64,000 nt of DNA from Fistulifera solaris (Eukaryota). The notes under the pieces were generated by a model. That model was not told the origin of the DNA and made no database searches. It saw only the letters and a program-made list of their open reading frames with translations. The DNA is taken from the NCBI GenBank assembly GCA_030295235.1, contig AP026162.1, positions 2,604,001 through 2,668,000 on the forward strand, in the 5' to 3' direction. How positions within the stretch are numbered: the first letter of the stretch is position 1; the number at the start of each line of letters is the position of its first letter. Below are positions 25,258-38,470 of the stretch, piece by piece. Made by a program: the position numbers and the translations under genes.

Positions 25258-26160
25258 CTACCAGTCACCGGCGACCGGTTCGTACAACAACCGTTTCCAC
25301 CGTGGAATCATTTTCCGAGCGAGACTGGGAATGATTTGTTCAAATAGTTTCATTTCGGTCGGATCGTCCGCAATGGCTTCGTACATGCCCACCAAATGCA
25401 ATCGAGAATCCCATATTCCCAAATTTCGAATAACTTGATTATTGAAGGATTTTTGTTCGGATTCCGGAATGATTCGGGCAATCGTCGGAACGAGGTATGT
25501 GTTTTCGAGATGCAACATGGAGCGCGTTTGTTGGGCCACTTGCGCCGAACGTTCCGCAATGGAGGCGGACGATGAAGGTATCAAAGTGGCGTCTTGGTTC
25601 TGTGTCGAAAGAGTGCAGGTGTGAGTGTCAAAGGAGGCTAGTTAGTAAGAGACACCTTCTCTCGCCACGTACCATTTGCGACCCCAGTATTTGTACAGAT
25701 TGCCGCAATTCCTCCAATTCTTCTAGTACGACATGAATGGCGGACCCTATAGCAGGATTCTTTGTCGCAATTTGCTTTCGTACCCAAGGAAAAAACAAGT
25801 CGGTTTCAATCTGATGCAACGCCTTCATGTTAAAGTTGACCACATGCTGCACAGCCCTGGTGATGACTGCAGTGTCGTGCGGTCGACGCACGGCCAATTG
25901 CTGCAATCGTTCCGCTTGTCTCGCCAAAGACATGGTATGCCAGCGCCATCCTTGAATTTGGAACGTCGCGCTGTTGGCAGCGTCTTGTTGCAAAACGTTT
26001 CCAACTGTTCGTACGCTTCGGCCCGTGACAGACAACTGCCAATGACATCCGCCTTTTGGGGAGCCTTGCGCGCAAACAGAGAGAAGCCTCGACTCGTCAC
26101 CAATCCCATCAAGACTTGAAAACAGAGCCACAAACGGCTGACCCGTGTCGTGCACTTCAT
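25258..26160 (-). CDS. Hemerythrin-like (HHE) helical protein with N-terminal presequence; one intron, one frameshift
   Basis: WRWH..., LHQIETDLFFPW, second degenerate motif MLHLENTYLVP. Confidence 0.55.
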
Positions 26161-26804
26161 GATAGCTTCAAACAAAGAAATGATTTAAACAGCCTACAGG
26201 CCTTCGCCTCGCTCGGCTAATAATAGTATGATTGTTCTATCTAAAGTCGACGTGCATGACATTGACAACGGCAGTAACAACAATATCAAAATAATAACAT
26301 TCACAGCCGAACATATCATCGAATCGACTGCGTCAATGGGGAAGAATGTGAATGGACGCGACGAACGATCGATCGAAAATAATGGTGGCAGCGTGTTTGA
26401 TTGGATGCAGTGTTGACGCATGGAAGTACAGACGTATCGGGAATGAAGAATTGACCTGAGTCCCGTCGTAGACAGCGTTGCGCGTGCTCTTCGCACTTCA
26501 CATTTTTCTGTTTTTCTGCTTTCACACAATACCGCAGTAACAACTCACATGTCGAAGGATAGAAGAGTACAGAAGCTAAATTACTTGTAATGAAGAATCG
26601 CAGGACACCTTGTCAACCGTCAACTATCACAAAAGATGCGAGAAGAATAAGCTCATGCTTCATGCTTGTCACGCGTCTTTAGGGAAATGCACGAACGCAG
26701 CGAAAAGATATCGGCATGTTGTTGACAGCATTATGATTTTTTGAAATGCTTCGACCGTTCATTAACCATTCGTTTCATGCATCACGACAATCGACTGGAA
26801 AATA

Positions 26805-28357
26805 ATGTATCGCACGTTGCTGCTACTGCTCCTCCTCCACTTCCTTCCCTTGACACACGCCGCTACCTTTCAAGATGATTTGGGCGTGACGCACGAATGG
26901 GACAATGCCATGAAAGCCAAAATCGCGGTCCGTGCCGGAATTGGTGGCATTTCGCTCTTTCACATGGGTTTGACGTCCGATCAATTGGTGGCGACCTGGG
27001 GATTGTGGGGGATCCGTGGCTCCGATTTTGATCCCGAAAATCCCTCGGCCGGTTCCATCTTTCCCGAAGTCGATCCGGGCGTCGACGAAGCGGCCTTCTT
27101 GGCGTCGGCCGTCAACTTGTCACCGTCTTGTTGGAAGAATCCGCGGGGTTGTTTTCAAGTCGATAATGTCACCGATTTGGTGGCACTCCAAGATCAAATT
27201 GATTTTGTCCTTTTGTGGACAATGGTGTGGACGAAAACTTTGTGGAGATTGTCAACGCCGGCATGCCCATTATTTTCGTGGATACCTTTTACGACTACAA
27301 CGAAAATTGTCGGGCTGCGAATTATTCCGTCGCCGATCCTTCCAATTGTTACGGACGTTCCATGATCGATATTGCGAATCGCTTGGAGGAATTGGCGGTG
27401 TTTTTGGGCGCCGACGTGGATGTGGAAGCCTTGAATGAACAGAAACAGGCCGCGTGTGCGGCCGCCAGTACGCTGACGGAAGCGGCCGAACAAGCGCACG
27501 CCAAAGGCTTGCGCATCAAAGCGGTCGTCATGGGGGTCGACCAAGATCCCGAGACCGGAAGTTCGATTGCCACGGTCAGCGATTTTGATCCGATTGAACT
27601 TTGGGTACCCCGGACCTTGGAAGAATTGGGTATGCCACTCTTGCATGCGGATACGTACGATGAAGACGGTGGTGCTCTAACGGCAGACGAATATTTCAAC
27701 AATTGTGAACCCGGTGCCGTCAATCAAGAATGCAATGCCAATACATACTTTCCCGTGGACTACTGGTTGATTGACTCGCGCAGCTACCAATTGATCGATG
27801 ACACTTTCAAATTGATTTTCCCTGACCGAGTGAGTAACGTTTGTCATATTTTCGATTCATATTTCGACAAGTCTCACAAATGCTGTGTTTTCGTCACTCC
27901 CAGGCAATCCTGGCCGACCAGTTCTGGTACTTCCCCCGCAATGATGGACCTCTCTCGTACAAAACCATTGCGTCGTATCTGAACGCCGTGACCGAACGGA
28001 TTACCGCAGCCGAAGTTGTCCAAGAATCATCCTCGTCCGAGACGTGCACTGCCGTCGATCCCAAAGCGATTGCCCATTTGACGGCCGATGGGACCGGTGG
28101 CCTCCCCCTTGAACGGTTTTGTTTGCTATGATCGCAGTCTTATCCAAGAAGAGTACTTGCAATGTCCCGAACTAACGGAACCTACGACTCCAAGTGAACC
28201 AGCACCGACTGAACCGCCGGCTCCAACCGCAACAGAACCAGCGACTCCTACCTCGGACGATGCATTGCCCACTAGCACGGAACCCACATCTTCGTCCATG
28301 GGTCGCGCATTGAACCAAGGTATGGCGATGATTACCGTCGTCTTGTTTGTCTTGTAA
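26805..28357 (+). CDS. Secreted, membrane-anchored iron-siderophore periplasmic-binding-like protein (diatom FBP1-like); intron 27830-27903
   Basis: Signal peptide, FQDDLGVTH start typical of type III solute-binding proteins, P/T/E-rich stalk, hydrophobic C-terminus; two frameshifts. Confidence 0.6.
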
Positions 28358-28731
28358 CGAAAAGTTTTAGAACGAAAGGGACTATCACTAAACTAAGAAA
28401 AAATGAAGCTGCTCTTTGTTATGAATATTGTTACAAGAACACATAGGTGACGATGGTTTTTAAAGTTTATGAGTGAATGGCTACAATTTTCATTCGTGAC
28501 TCAAAAGAGGACACGCCTGTCCGGCGCGCCCGCCGAATTCGCAGAAACGCGCGGAAAAAGATTTTCTTCGTGCTTCGTCGTCTCACAATGACACGCGCTA
28601 TACAAAGCAAAGAGAACATATTCTCCTTTCTTTCAAAACACACAGTTGCAATCTTTTGTTATCCCTTTGTCTTTCCTTCCATTATTCTTTTTGGTTCACA
28701 ATTTGCTGCGCACAAGACGATCCACCGAAGC

Positions 28732-29261
28732 ATGAAACAAATCATTCGTCCGCATCCCATCGTTTGTGTCGTCATGGCGGTCGTTCTGTCACACATTCGT
28801 CCGTGTCCAGCGTTTCTCCCCCCAACGAGATCATTGCAACCGCGCACCACTTGCCTTTGGGTCGGAGGCAAGGGTTGGGAAAATAACAATTACTTGGATT
28901 CGTTGAGTGGCAATGACGCCGATCGGGAAAGGGCCCAACAGGAGTATCAAGAATTTCAAGATTCGCGGCAAGCCTTTTGCATCGCCAACAAGCCCGCCGT
29001 CAAACACCGGAAGGACAGCGATTCTTGCGGGAACAACAGCAACAGCGAATGCAGCAGCAGTCTTCTTTCGATGACGACGACGATGGCACGGGTGACTTTT
29101 TTGCCCAATTGGGCGAGAGCAGTGGCGGTTCGCGTTTTCGGAAGGTCCTGCAACAAGGGCAGCGTCAACAACAGCAAAAGAGTCGTCGCACGACGTTTAT
29201 TGATCCGGCGACGGGCTTGGAAATGAAGTTTGCCGTTCCTTTGGACGAAGACGAAGAATGA
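28732..29261 (+). CDS. Hypothetical protein, probably plastid-targeted; frameshift near 28977
   Basis: Signal peptide then PAF, GGKGWENNNYLDSL, Q-rich C-terminal part. Confidence 0.6.
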
Positions 29262-29445
29262 AGATGAGGTAGTCGCAGTATACGAAATATATTGGTTGTA
29301 TGAAATCACCATTTGAACAACGGTAGTCATCGTACAGCCTTTTTATAGTTCAGCTAGGAAATGAGGTCAGGCATATATATATATACCCAAAGAAAGGAAT
29401 CCTTGTGCGCCGCTTCACCGTCAAACGACGACGGTGAGTTTGCAT

Positions 29446-29720
29446 TTATCCCATGTACCAATGTCATTATTGAACTCGTAGTCTCAAGAAAGCATTCGAT
29501 TTATGTTGGTGACAGCGGATGTGTTCCAGTCGCCAATGGGTTCGTTGACTCTCTCCAGTCTGCGAATAACTCGCTAAAATTGGTTCCTTTCGATACATCC
29601 CACGTGTCGGGGAGTGGCCCGCCGAGACACTTATCGTAGTTTAGACTCTGGCGAATGATACTTTGGAAGGATATGATGACTTGTGCCGCAATCCGTCAGT
29701 CGTGACATCGCTCGACATGA
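29446..29720 (-). pseudogene. Degenerate DUF285 fragment
   Basis: TWDVSKGTNFSELF / NEPIGDWNTSAVTNINRMLS*DYEFNNDIGTWD, with a stop and a frameshift. Confidence 0.7.
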
Positions 29721-29852
29721 AGACATTGACCAGGCTAGTCGCTTTACGTCAAACGACAGGAGAGCTTACGCAATAATGCCGGGCTGCTATCAAAAGAAAC
29801 TAATTACTATAGCTTCTTGCCTAATTGTTTAGAAGAAACAGCCGCATTATAG

Positions 29853-30815
29853 CTACGATGCAGGGCATGTCACACAGAACTGATTGCCCGTCGGCGTACC
29901 CGGATGAGGGCAACTCGTGTCCGTAAACATGCCCGTTTTCACAGCGGCAGAATTCTTCCACGCACAGAGGTTTTGATGGAACGCTTCCGCCGTCCGAAAC
30001 ATGTCTTCCATGGTGGTGACTTTTGCAATGTCCCAGTTACCAATGGGCCGGTTAAACGATTCCGCTCCATCAAACATATTTTGCATGGAAGTAACTTTCG
30101 ATGTGTCCCATCCACTCAAGTCTCGGTTAAAGGATTCGGCATTGGCAAACATCAAACTCATGTCGGTTACCGCCGACGTGTCCCATCCTCCGATGGGTTG
30201 ATTAAAGGCTCTGTCGCCCCCGAACATGGAGCCCATGTTTCTGACAGCAGAAGTATCCCATTGACTGATATCCCGATTGAAATTAGTATTGGGGAACATG
30301 GCGGCCATGGTCGTGACCGCGGCCGTGTCCCAATCTCCAATATATTGGTTGAACGCTAAGGCAGCATTGAACATATCAATCATGTCTGTGACCGCCGAGG
30401 TATCCCATTTTCCAATCTTTTGGTTGAACGCTACCGCTTGAAAGAACATGCCTGCCATATTCGTAACAGCAGAAGTATCCCACTCGCCAATATCCTGGTT
30501 GAAGTCGAGTGCTAAAAAGAACATGTATTCCATAGTAGTAACCGCCGATGTATTCCAACGACCGATGGGTTCATTGAAGGTATACACTTCCGAAAAGAGT
30601 TGACGGAAATCGGTAATTTTGGAAACATCCCAACAGTTGGGTTTGGGTACCGAAATAAGGGGATTGTAAGTTTCAATCGCATTGCGCAGCTCGGCTTTGT
30701 CGTCAAAGGGTCTTGTCCCATTCGGACACGGATCCGGAGGCGGAGATCGATTGCCACAACTCGCGAAGAGATCGTTGCGATCGAAAAGAGACGACGATGA
30801 AAAGTAAAGGTTCAT
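29853..30815 (-). CDS. DUF285/BspA-like repeat protein
   Basis: Tandem FNQ.IG.WDTSAVT.M..MF repeats and the same C-terminal cap as 23112-23827. Start taken at MNLYF. Confidence 0.92.
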   Translation of the reverse strand: MNLYFSSSSLFDRNDLFASCGNRSPPPDPCPNGTRPFDDKAELRNAIETYNPLISVPKPNCWDVSKITDFRQLFSEVYTFNEPIGRWNTSAVTTMEYMFFLALDFNQDIGEWDTSAVTNMAGMFFQAVAFNQKIGKWDTSAVTDMIDMFNAALAFNQYIGDWDTAAVTTMAAMFPNTNFNRDISQWDTSAVRNMGSMFGGDRAFNQPIGGWDTSAVTDMSLMFANAESFNRDLSGWDTSKVTSMQNMFDGAESFNRPIGNWDIAKVTTMEDMFRTAEAFHQNLCAWKNSAAVKTGMFTDTSCPHPGTPTGNQFCVTCPAS

Positions 30816-31531
30816 GTTGTTGTTACTCTTATTATTGACGGAACGATAGATCGGACGACTTACTTGTGATTTTCTCGAATGCAAATATGCAATCGTTTTG
30901 TCGACCCAAAAACAAATGGATAGGTAGTCTATTAGTACTGTAATAGTGTAAGGATCTCCGTGCTTAGTGCAAAACGACGATGAGAGATGAGAAATACCCG
31001 TAATGAACAATGTCGAAAGTCGAAAGTCGAAAACTCCCAGTTACAACTCCCAGTACTCTGACAAACACAGTATTAATTCAGTTCGACATTCTTTGTTATT
31101 GTTACTACAGTATTGATATTGTAACGTGTCACGTGCTACGTGTCACGTGCTACGTGCTACGTGCTACCTTTCTTCAATGCACGTACAAACAGGCTGGCAA
31201 CTGGCAAGTGGCAACACGATTCATTGAAAAATTTCGCTACTGGTACTTTCTGGGTGTGCGAAACGTTCGTTGTGAATGGGCACTGAGTAGTGAGCAGTGG
31301 GCAGTTGCAGTTGCCAGTTGCCACGTTGCCACCCTTTTCATACCCATCCTTATTTAATACTCCGAGACTCCGAGTAATGATGATTGTAATGGGCCTCCGT
31401 AATAATAAAAAATATGAACAAAACATCAAAAAAAATTTCTAACAACAAAACAAGGAAATTAGGAATAAATATTTAGGATATAATCGAAAAGTGCAACGTT
31501 CGTTTTGACAATTGGGGGTGTGGGGTGTGGG

Positions 31532-32288
31532 CAGGCCTCTTTATATCCGTTTTCACCCGAAAACACGGAAATAAGGTATTTTCGGAGACCTGGTAGATTT
31601 ATTTTCGGTTAAATCCGGATTTTACGTAGAGCTACGTAGAATATGTACTGACTAACACATTAGCCCTGCTAGACAATCGTTTTGCTAAGTTCACTTCATC
31701 CAGAACTGTTTACAACAAGCTAACCCACAGAGTACATAAAGCAATTTGATTAGACTAATCAAATTGCTTGCTTTTGTGCCTTAACGTCGCTTACTGCAAG
31801 CCACCGAGATGCGTGGCTAACTATTGCCAGCTGCAACTTTATCAATGGAGCACTTGCCATCACGAAAACATTTTGTTTTTGACTTTAATTTAGTTTGTGC
31901 GCTTTCATGTCGGAAATCATTTCTTTCGCAGCACCAATGTCGTCAACTATATTACACAAAGCTTTCGCGATCATTTATCAACCCCTCAAGAAAAACAACA
32001 TCTTGATTGTAACAATGATGAGGCTTTTCTAAAATCTCTATTATCAGGCTGTTCTATGTTTGCATGACCTGGTTGAATATAGTTCCAAAAAGCTTCAGAT
32101 ATTGTGTGCTAAAGAACGAACCACCATAGTTTTTACCAAGATTATGGTACAGGTTCTCATCCGTTACACCCTCTCCCACACTCACTCGCAATACGGAAAC
32201 ACGGAATTAGGTTAAATTCGGGGGTCCTGAAACCTCAAATCCGAGTATTTTCGGGATTTTTCGTAAAAACCCGAAAAAAAGTGGCCTG
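31532..32288. mobile_element. Non-autonomous hAT-like element
   Basis: Short TIR caggcctcttt / caggccacttt (reverse complement), perfect 8-bp TSD GGTGTGGG, subterminal CGGA/CCGA-rich motifs. Confidence 0.8.
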
Positions 32289-33025
32289 GGTGTGGGGAGG
32301 TTTTCTCGGTCATCATTATTTTTTAGGCTTTTTTACTTGGGTGAAAAGTATCTTAATGGCTTCGCCACGGTGGTTGGGGACTACTACTTGCAAATATTGT
32401 CAATTAGCGTCATTTCACCTATTTTCTACTTGTTGTATGAAAAAACCTGCTAGAATTTGGGACTTTTAACCAAAAATAGCCTCTTGTAGTTTTATCATGA
32501 GCTAAATTTGTTTTACAAATGCTAAATGTACCTTTTATTTTCCTTTTCTACTTTCGTTTTCGTCATGATGAAAAGAAGAAAACGAAATAAGACGGTGTAG
32601 TAAACGACTTGTAAAATTATGACCCTATGGCTTTACCGAAATAAGGCAGTGGTGTAAAATTATGACTACAAGTGTTACATCTACCACGGAGGCTTCCCCG
32701 TCTGTACTACACTCGGTTATTTCGGTCCCCTCACGATGAGACCCGAGCTAGGGCTTCAACGTGTCCTTCATAACCGATAAACCCTTATTTCATGGAAAAA
32801 CAACATAAAAACCATGACGATTCATTCATCGAATCCATCCTTCATCATGTGGAAAATACATCAAAACCACACATCGACTTGTCCGTGGAAAATACGTCAA
32901 AACCACGTATCAAACTTGAAACTTCAATCACTGTACCTGGACGAAAAACTTATCCCCAGGAGGCTCATCCCATCGGAATAGTAAACATAACTACCCAACC
33001 AGTGCATCGGGACCTATCGCCTGCA

Positions 33026-36000
33026 TCACTGATGTAAAATACGCTTCACCAGTGGATCTCGTACATTCCCAGCTTGAATCTTCGTCAGAATATCTGCCAA
33101 ATTCGCCTTCGTGAGGCTCGTAGGATACATCAACAATACCCATCGCAACTCGGCCACGTACATAGTGATATGCCACCGAATTGGACTTCTTCTTCAGAAC
33201 TGATTCAGGAATACTCGAGTTCTTGATCACTGACATATTGTCACCTTTGACAACCGCAGGATCTTCTACCGGCACACCCATCATCTGTAGTTTGTACCGT
33301 AGACCTTCGATTAACTCGACCGCCCGTTTTCATAGCACTAAACTCAGCACCAAATGTCGACGTCTCAATCGAAGTTTGCTTCTTGCTGTACCATACTGTC
33401 AATGACCTGTTCAAATAGACCAAGACACCTGTACGGGAACGACGAGTAACATGGTCACCCGCCAAGTCAGCATCAACGAAACACGTTATTTGCACAGGCT
33501 TACCCAATGGCTTTGGACAATCCGTTGGAATCATAGGCTTAGCATCTCGGTAAAAGTCATTCCAATCAGGTCTAGGTTGTCTGGCGTGCTCGACATACGA
33601 AGGATCGAACACAATCTTAGACCTTTCATGTGACCTCAAATATGCAAAGACATGCACAACCGCAGCTAGATGGCCTTTCCTTGGCATCGCACTGTGAGAC
33701 GCAAGCATCGAAACTTCACCACAAATATCAACTCTTCCAAGCTCGACCATCCAGCCGTAAAACCCCTATCTGCGAGTGATAAAACTGGATTTCGTCGTCA
33801 TCGCACTCCGGGCGATATGTCAAGCTCCGGACGGTACTTCGGTAAAACACTTGACGCCTTCTTCGGTAAAGCCTCATCTCGCTTTTCCAACCAAAGACAA
33901 ACGTTTCGTATTGCTTCCTTCACATATTCATTCGAACTCATCGACCAACAAGGCTTTTCATCACCCGGGAATTGATGCTGACCAATCGTCGAACCCAAGT
34001 AGCGAGTCGGCTTGCCTATCGAACCTTCTTTCAGACCAAGCTTGTATAGAATAGCTTCCGGCGCCGCAGAAACACACAGGATGTCATCCGTATAGACCAA
34101 TACCAACTCGTAGTAACTAGTCCCATCCGCTTTCTGTGCCGGCCGTATCCATACATCGTTATCCCATTTCGACAAGGTGTAAAACTCAACGACTCATGCA
34201 AACACTCACTCAGATATGACCTCCACGCAGCTCCAGAACTCTTCAGTCCGTAAAGAGCTTTCACGATTTTCGCCTTTCGACCTTTGAACTGTGGACCAAA
34301 TTCGGCACCGCAAATAATAAAGATTCGTTCTCGAACTGGTGCATTCAAGTACGCATTTCCAATATCTGCCGCCATAATGTCCAAATCGTTCAATGCCGCA
34401 TAGTAGGAAGGCAATCCGCACGCTTTCTCTCGATACAACACTAGCATAGGTAATCGAGCTCGGCGGATCCGTCATGTGTCCCCCCTGCTACGGTAGGCGG
34501 GCCTTCCGTGTGAAATCTGGTTTTATATCAAAAACCATGTGAACCCCAATCTTGGTAAAACCAGCAGGATCGGGAGCGTCTTCGTCAAGGATCTGAAACG
34601 CCTTAGCTACCGCGACGCATCTCTTTCGCGAATCGCCTTCGCCCAAAAGTCAGTTCCCGTAGCGCGATCAATCGCCAATGCTTCTTCGACTGTCTTTGGC
34701 AACGCGATTCCATATTTCTGAGTAACACGAAAGTAGCGCTTAGCCATCGCTTTGATGATCCTGGTCCTTCTCTTGAGCGTGTAGGGAACCCACCATGAGA
34801 AAGCAGGCTCCTCAGCAATCTGTCTCGCAACAGCAAATTCCGCTAACTGTAAAGGGTGAGACTGCTTTAGGTCTTTCAGTTTCTCCCAAGTAGTAGTGCC
34901 ATCATTCCATAGACAACACAGCTTCCATCCCTTGGTAGTCCGCTTAGGATACTTTCGGTTGTTGTGGATCACGAATGCCTCTTCATGCGAACCGCGACTC
35001 TTTCTTGTAGTCCACTATTTCCTTTAGGACATAACTCGCACGCCCATGGTCATCCACTTCGGCATAGATGGCTTCAGCGATCTGATTCGCATGATAAGCC
35101 TCCACTTCACCCGTATCAAATTCAATCTCATACAGAGCGGTATCGAGCAAAGGGTTAGGATGGTACCGGCCAATAGGATTCCCGTCTTGATCGTGCTTCC
35201 GACCTTTAACCGTACCGTACGACATCGAGTCCCCTTGGCGGAAGCATTACCCTTGCTGAGATATATTGATTGTATGAATCGTAATCAAACTCATCAGCTT
35301 CCTTAATCTCGGGAACCGGGATCTTGCGACTCGGTCGGAACATAGTATTCCAACTCTGGGGTGCTCGTCTTCCGGTATCTCGGTCGGATCCAAGGGCATG
35401 GCTCGGTCCTTCAGCTTTTGCTCCAACGTCTGCGTGAACTTTGCCTTCAACTCAGCAACGGCTTGGCTATTCTGTTCCTCAACTGACAAAGGGAAAACAC
35501 TTGTACGGGAAATCGGTCGACCAGAAGCGGGTAGGATCCTAGCACATAGGACATCACCGACATCGAAACTGGGACCAAGGTATCTTCCAAGATGCTTCCT
35601 TTCCATATTTTCGTCTTGAGGCGAGATAAACCAAACCCAATCATACCAACCGAACTCACAAATGTGTGAAATATCAGCGGTGTCCCCTGTCAAAAGCGTC
35701 TGCGGCACTTCACCATCTAACTGTCTTATGGAAAGACAAGAGTGGCTCCGAACATACGCGTGGTAGACCAAACATAGGTCCCATAGACAACGTGGGGAAT
35801 TCGTGCGAATCATAGCACGCCTATACATCCTTTTCAATTCACGAATGCCGTCTTCAGCGAGGTTGGCGCGGTGTGCTTCGATCGGCCTAATGGTCGCTTG
35901 CACTCGTTAAGCCTTTCGCTTAAACTCTCCTGCTGTCAACTCTCCGGCATTGTCCGGAATTAAAGTGTGAGGGACTCCGACAGCGACGAAACAAGTTGTC

Positions 36001-38470
36001 AAGCGTGTAATGGGCATCGCTTTTCTTTTCAATCGGGTCCACACATATCCAGTGAAAGGGGGTGCAATACACAGCCGCATATTTGTTACCCAGCAGTGAG
36101 ACACATGTACCGACCAGAATGTCGCAGTACATCTCCGTATTAAGCCGAGGATAACGCAGCTGGTACGCAAATGGTTTGAGACGGCGCGTTCCAGAGACTG
36201 TCGAGAAGTCCCGAATTGCCCGTTGCGATTGGCTGGAGCGTTCGCCTAGCCGTCTCGAATCCCTATACTCCATCGTTTTGCCAAATCTTCGGGTGTGACA
36301 TATGCTTTCCGGTTCTTCGTTGAGATTGCGGCACTTGTAAGCGAAGCAGCATACGAATCGATGTCAAAAGCTGCCGAACCGCGCTCAGCTGAAATCACAG
36401 CAATCGAACGAGCTGGCGGGACAAACGTGCGCTCACTCGTAACCGAACCAAGCATCCTCTGTCCCCCTAAACGAAGCTCAGAGTCAAGGGAAACACGCAA
36501 TGAGTCCTCATCATGCGCGTGGTTAGAATCCATAGGATCCCAGAACGACTTCGGAGGTGACGTTTACATGGATGCAGTCAACGTCCGAGCTCAGTTCTTT
36601 GTCGGTCGGTCGGCGAGTGGGGAAATATGAAATAGTCCCCATCAGTTTCAAAGGAATCTGGAGAGCTGGCTCAGAAAACAAAATAGAATGGCTCTCCGGG
36701 CGACGTTGTTCCGGAGGTAGGTGTAGGAGAGGAGTTTCATTCACAACGACTTGGTTGTGCCGAAGTTGAGCGGGGCTGATCAAGTGTCGATGCATGTTTG
36801 AAAAGTAGAGTGACTGGTGAAAGAACAAAACGTAGGTTTGCAGCGTCGTGGGGCAATCGTATGCAACCGCAACTGTACCAATGGGAACTTTGGTCACTTT
36901 CCCAAGAGAACTAATGAATGGTTCCACCGAAACTGTTTCGCCGGTATCATACACGAAAACCGGGCGTCTTTACCGAACGAGCAAGTATCACAGTGCGAGT
37001 CCAATTCAGCTCTACCAGGAGTCTGTTGTCGCATTGCCGCCGCAACTCGCTGCACCGCCAGTCAAGGTCGTCGACTCATGCGGTTACCTGTCGACTCAAC
37101 CACACCGTCACTATCGGAGTCAGCCGTCTCAACAGCTGAAGCATTTCGGCGTCTCGGACTTAGCCCTTTCACGAGCATTGCGAACTTCTTCCTGTTTCTC
37201 TTTCGGTAACTTGATCCACTCCTTCCATTTGTAGTACGGGACACCATCTTTGCCTCTCTTTGCTTTTCCGCCCTTTCCTTTACCAGATTTGCCGCCACCT
37301 TTCTTGTTGTTACCGCCGCCAGAATTTCTGGTAACCGAAGAAATGTTGCGAGTGGAACCACGGGTCTTTGCTGCATCTTGCTTCTTTCTATCAACCTGCT
37401 CAGCCAAGTAGTTCATCGCGTTTTCGAAGGTACTTTCCAACACAGCATCAGCCCGGACGCTCGGCGAGCTCATCTTTAGTTCATCTGCCCAGATGTTGTC
37501 TAGAAAGATTCGCACCTTCCTATCTTCAGTCATCACCTCACCCGCCTCTTCCAAGTCCAAGAAAGCCAAGTTAAGCTTCTGACAGTAGTCTTCAAAGGTA
37601 AAGTTACGCGCCTTTCCATCATAGAAGACTGTCGAAAGGACTCGGTCAGCATGAGCAATGTTGCGCTTCTGATAAGAACGCCCCATATAGTGAGTCTTCA
37701 AGGCAAAATAAGCGGCGCGTCCATCTTTGCTGTAAGCAAAGGCTTAACCCAATTCCAAGCTGGTCCACCGTGTGAAACCTGACGAATAACGCTCCACAGC
37801 ATCATATTGTCTTCTTCATACTGGTCTCCATCATGGCGAAATGAACAAGTTCCGACATAGCATCAGGGACACCGAAACCTGGATCATCAACCCCTTCGAT
37901 TCCATCGGGATCGACATGCTCCCGCACAAGGTACGACAAAGGCGCACCATAAGCTCCAAGGTGATTGCCAAGTACCTCGTCGATGTCTTCAATCGTCTTC
38001 CGAGCGTTTTCCACCTTCAACAACACATCGATCTTAGGAAGATCTTTGTTGGTCTCACGCATGCGACGAATGCGCTCACGCGAAAGTCCAAGCGCGTTCC
38101 AATCGAGCAAGAGTTGCAAAGCCAGGAACAAACTCGCGCTGCAAGCGGTGCAAGTGGAAAAGGAAGTAGCGAAGCTGACGAACACGGAGCTCAAGATTGA
38201 CTCCGATCGCAATACCACGGTTCGGAATCATCGCAGGTACCATCGGTGCAGCCTCCGCTCCAACCGCAGGAGGGACAAAGGCTGGGTTTGGAATCAAACC
38301 CCCAGGGTTTCGAATCTTCGTAAAGATCTCCTGAACGTACTTATCACTCCGGTGCGTCAAGTCGTCAAAGCGGTAATGCCTTGGCCATTGATGGCCTGAC
38401 GAGCTGCCGCATCCTCAATAAAGAGGACATCACGGAGGTAGTTGTTGAATGCAGCAAGATTGGCTGCCAT
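33026..38470 (-). CDS. Copia 2 gag-pol, frameshifted, with a chromodomain-like segment after integrase
   Basis: Gag KTHYMG...FYDGKARNFTFEDY; integrase IPDNAGE, ANLAEDGIRELKR; RT TYASVVSRESVR, DIGNAYLNA, KALYGLKSSGAAW, YTDD; RNase H FVDADLAGD, NLADILTK. Confidence 0.9.
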
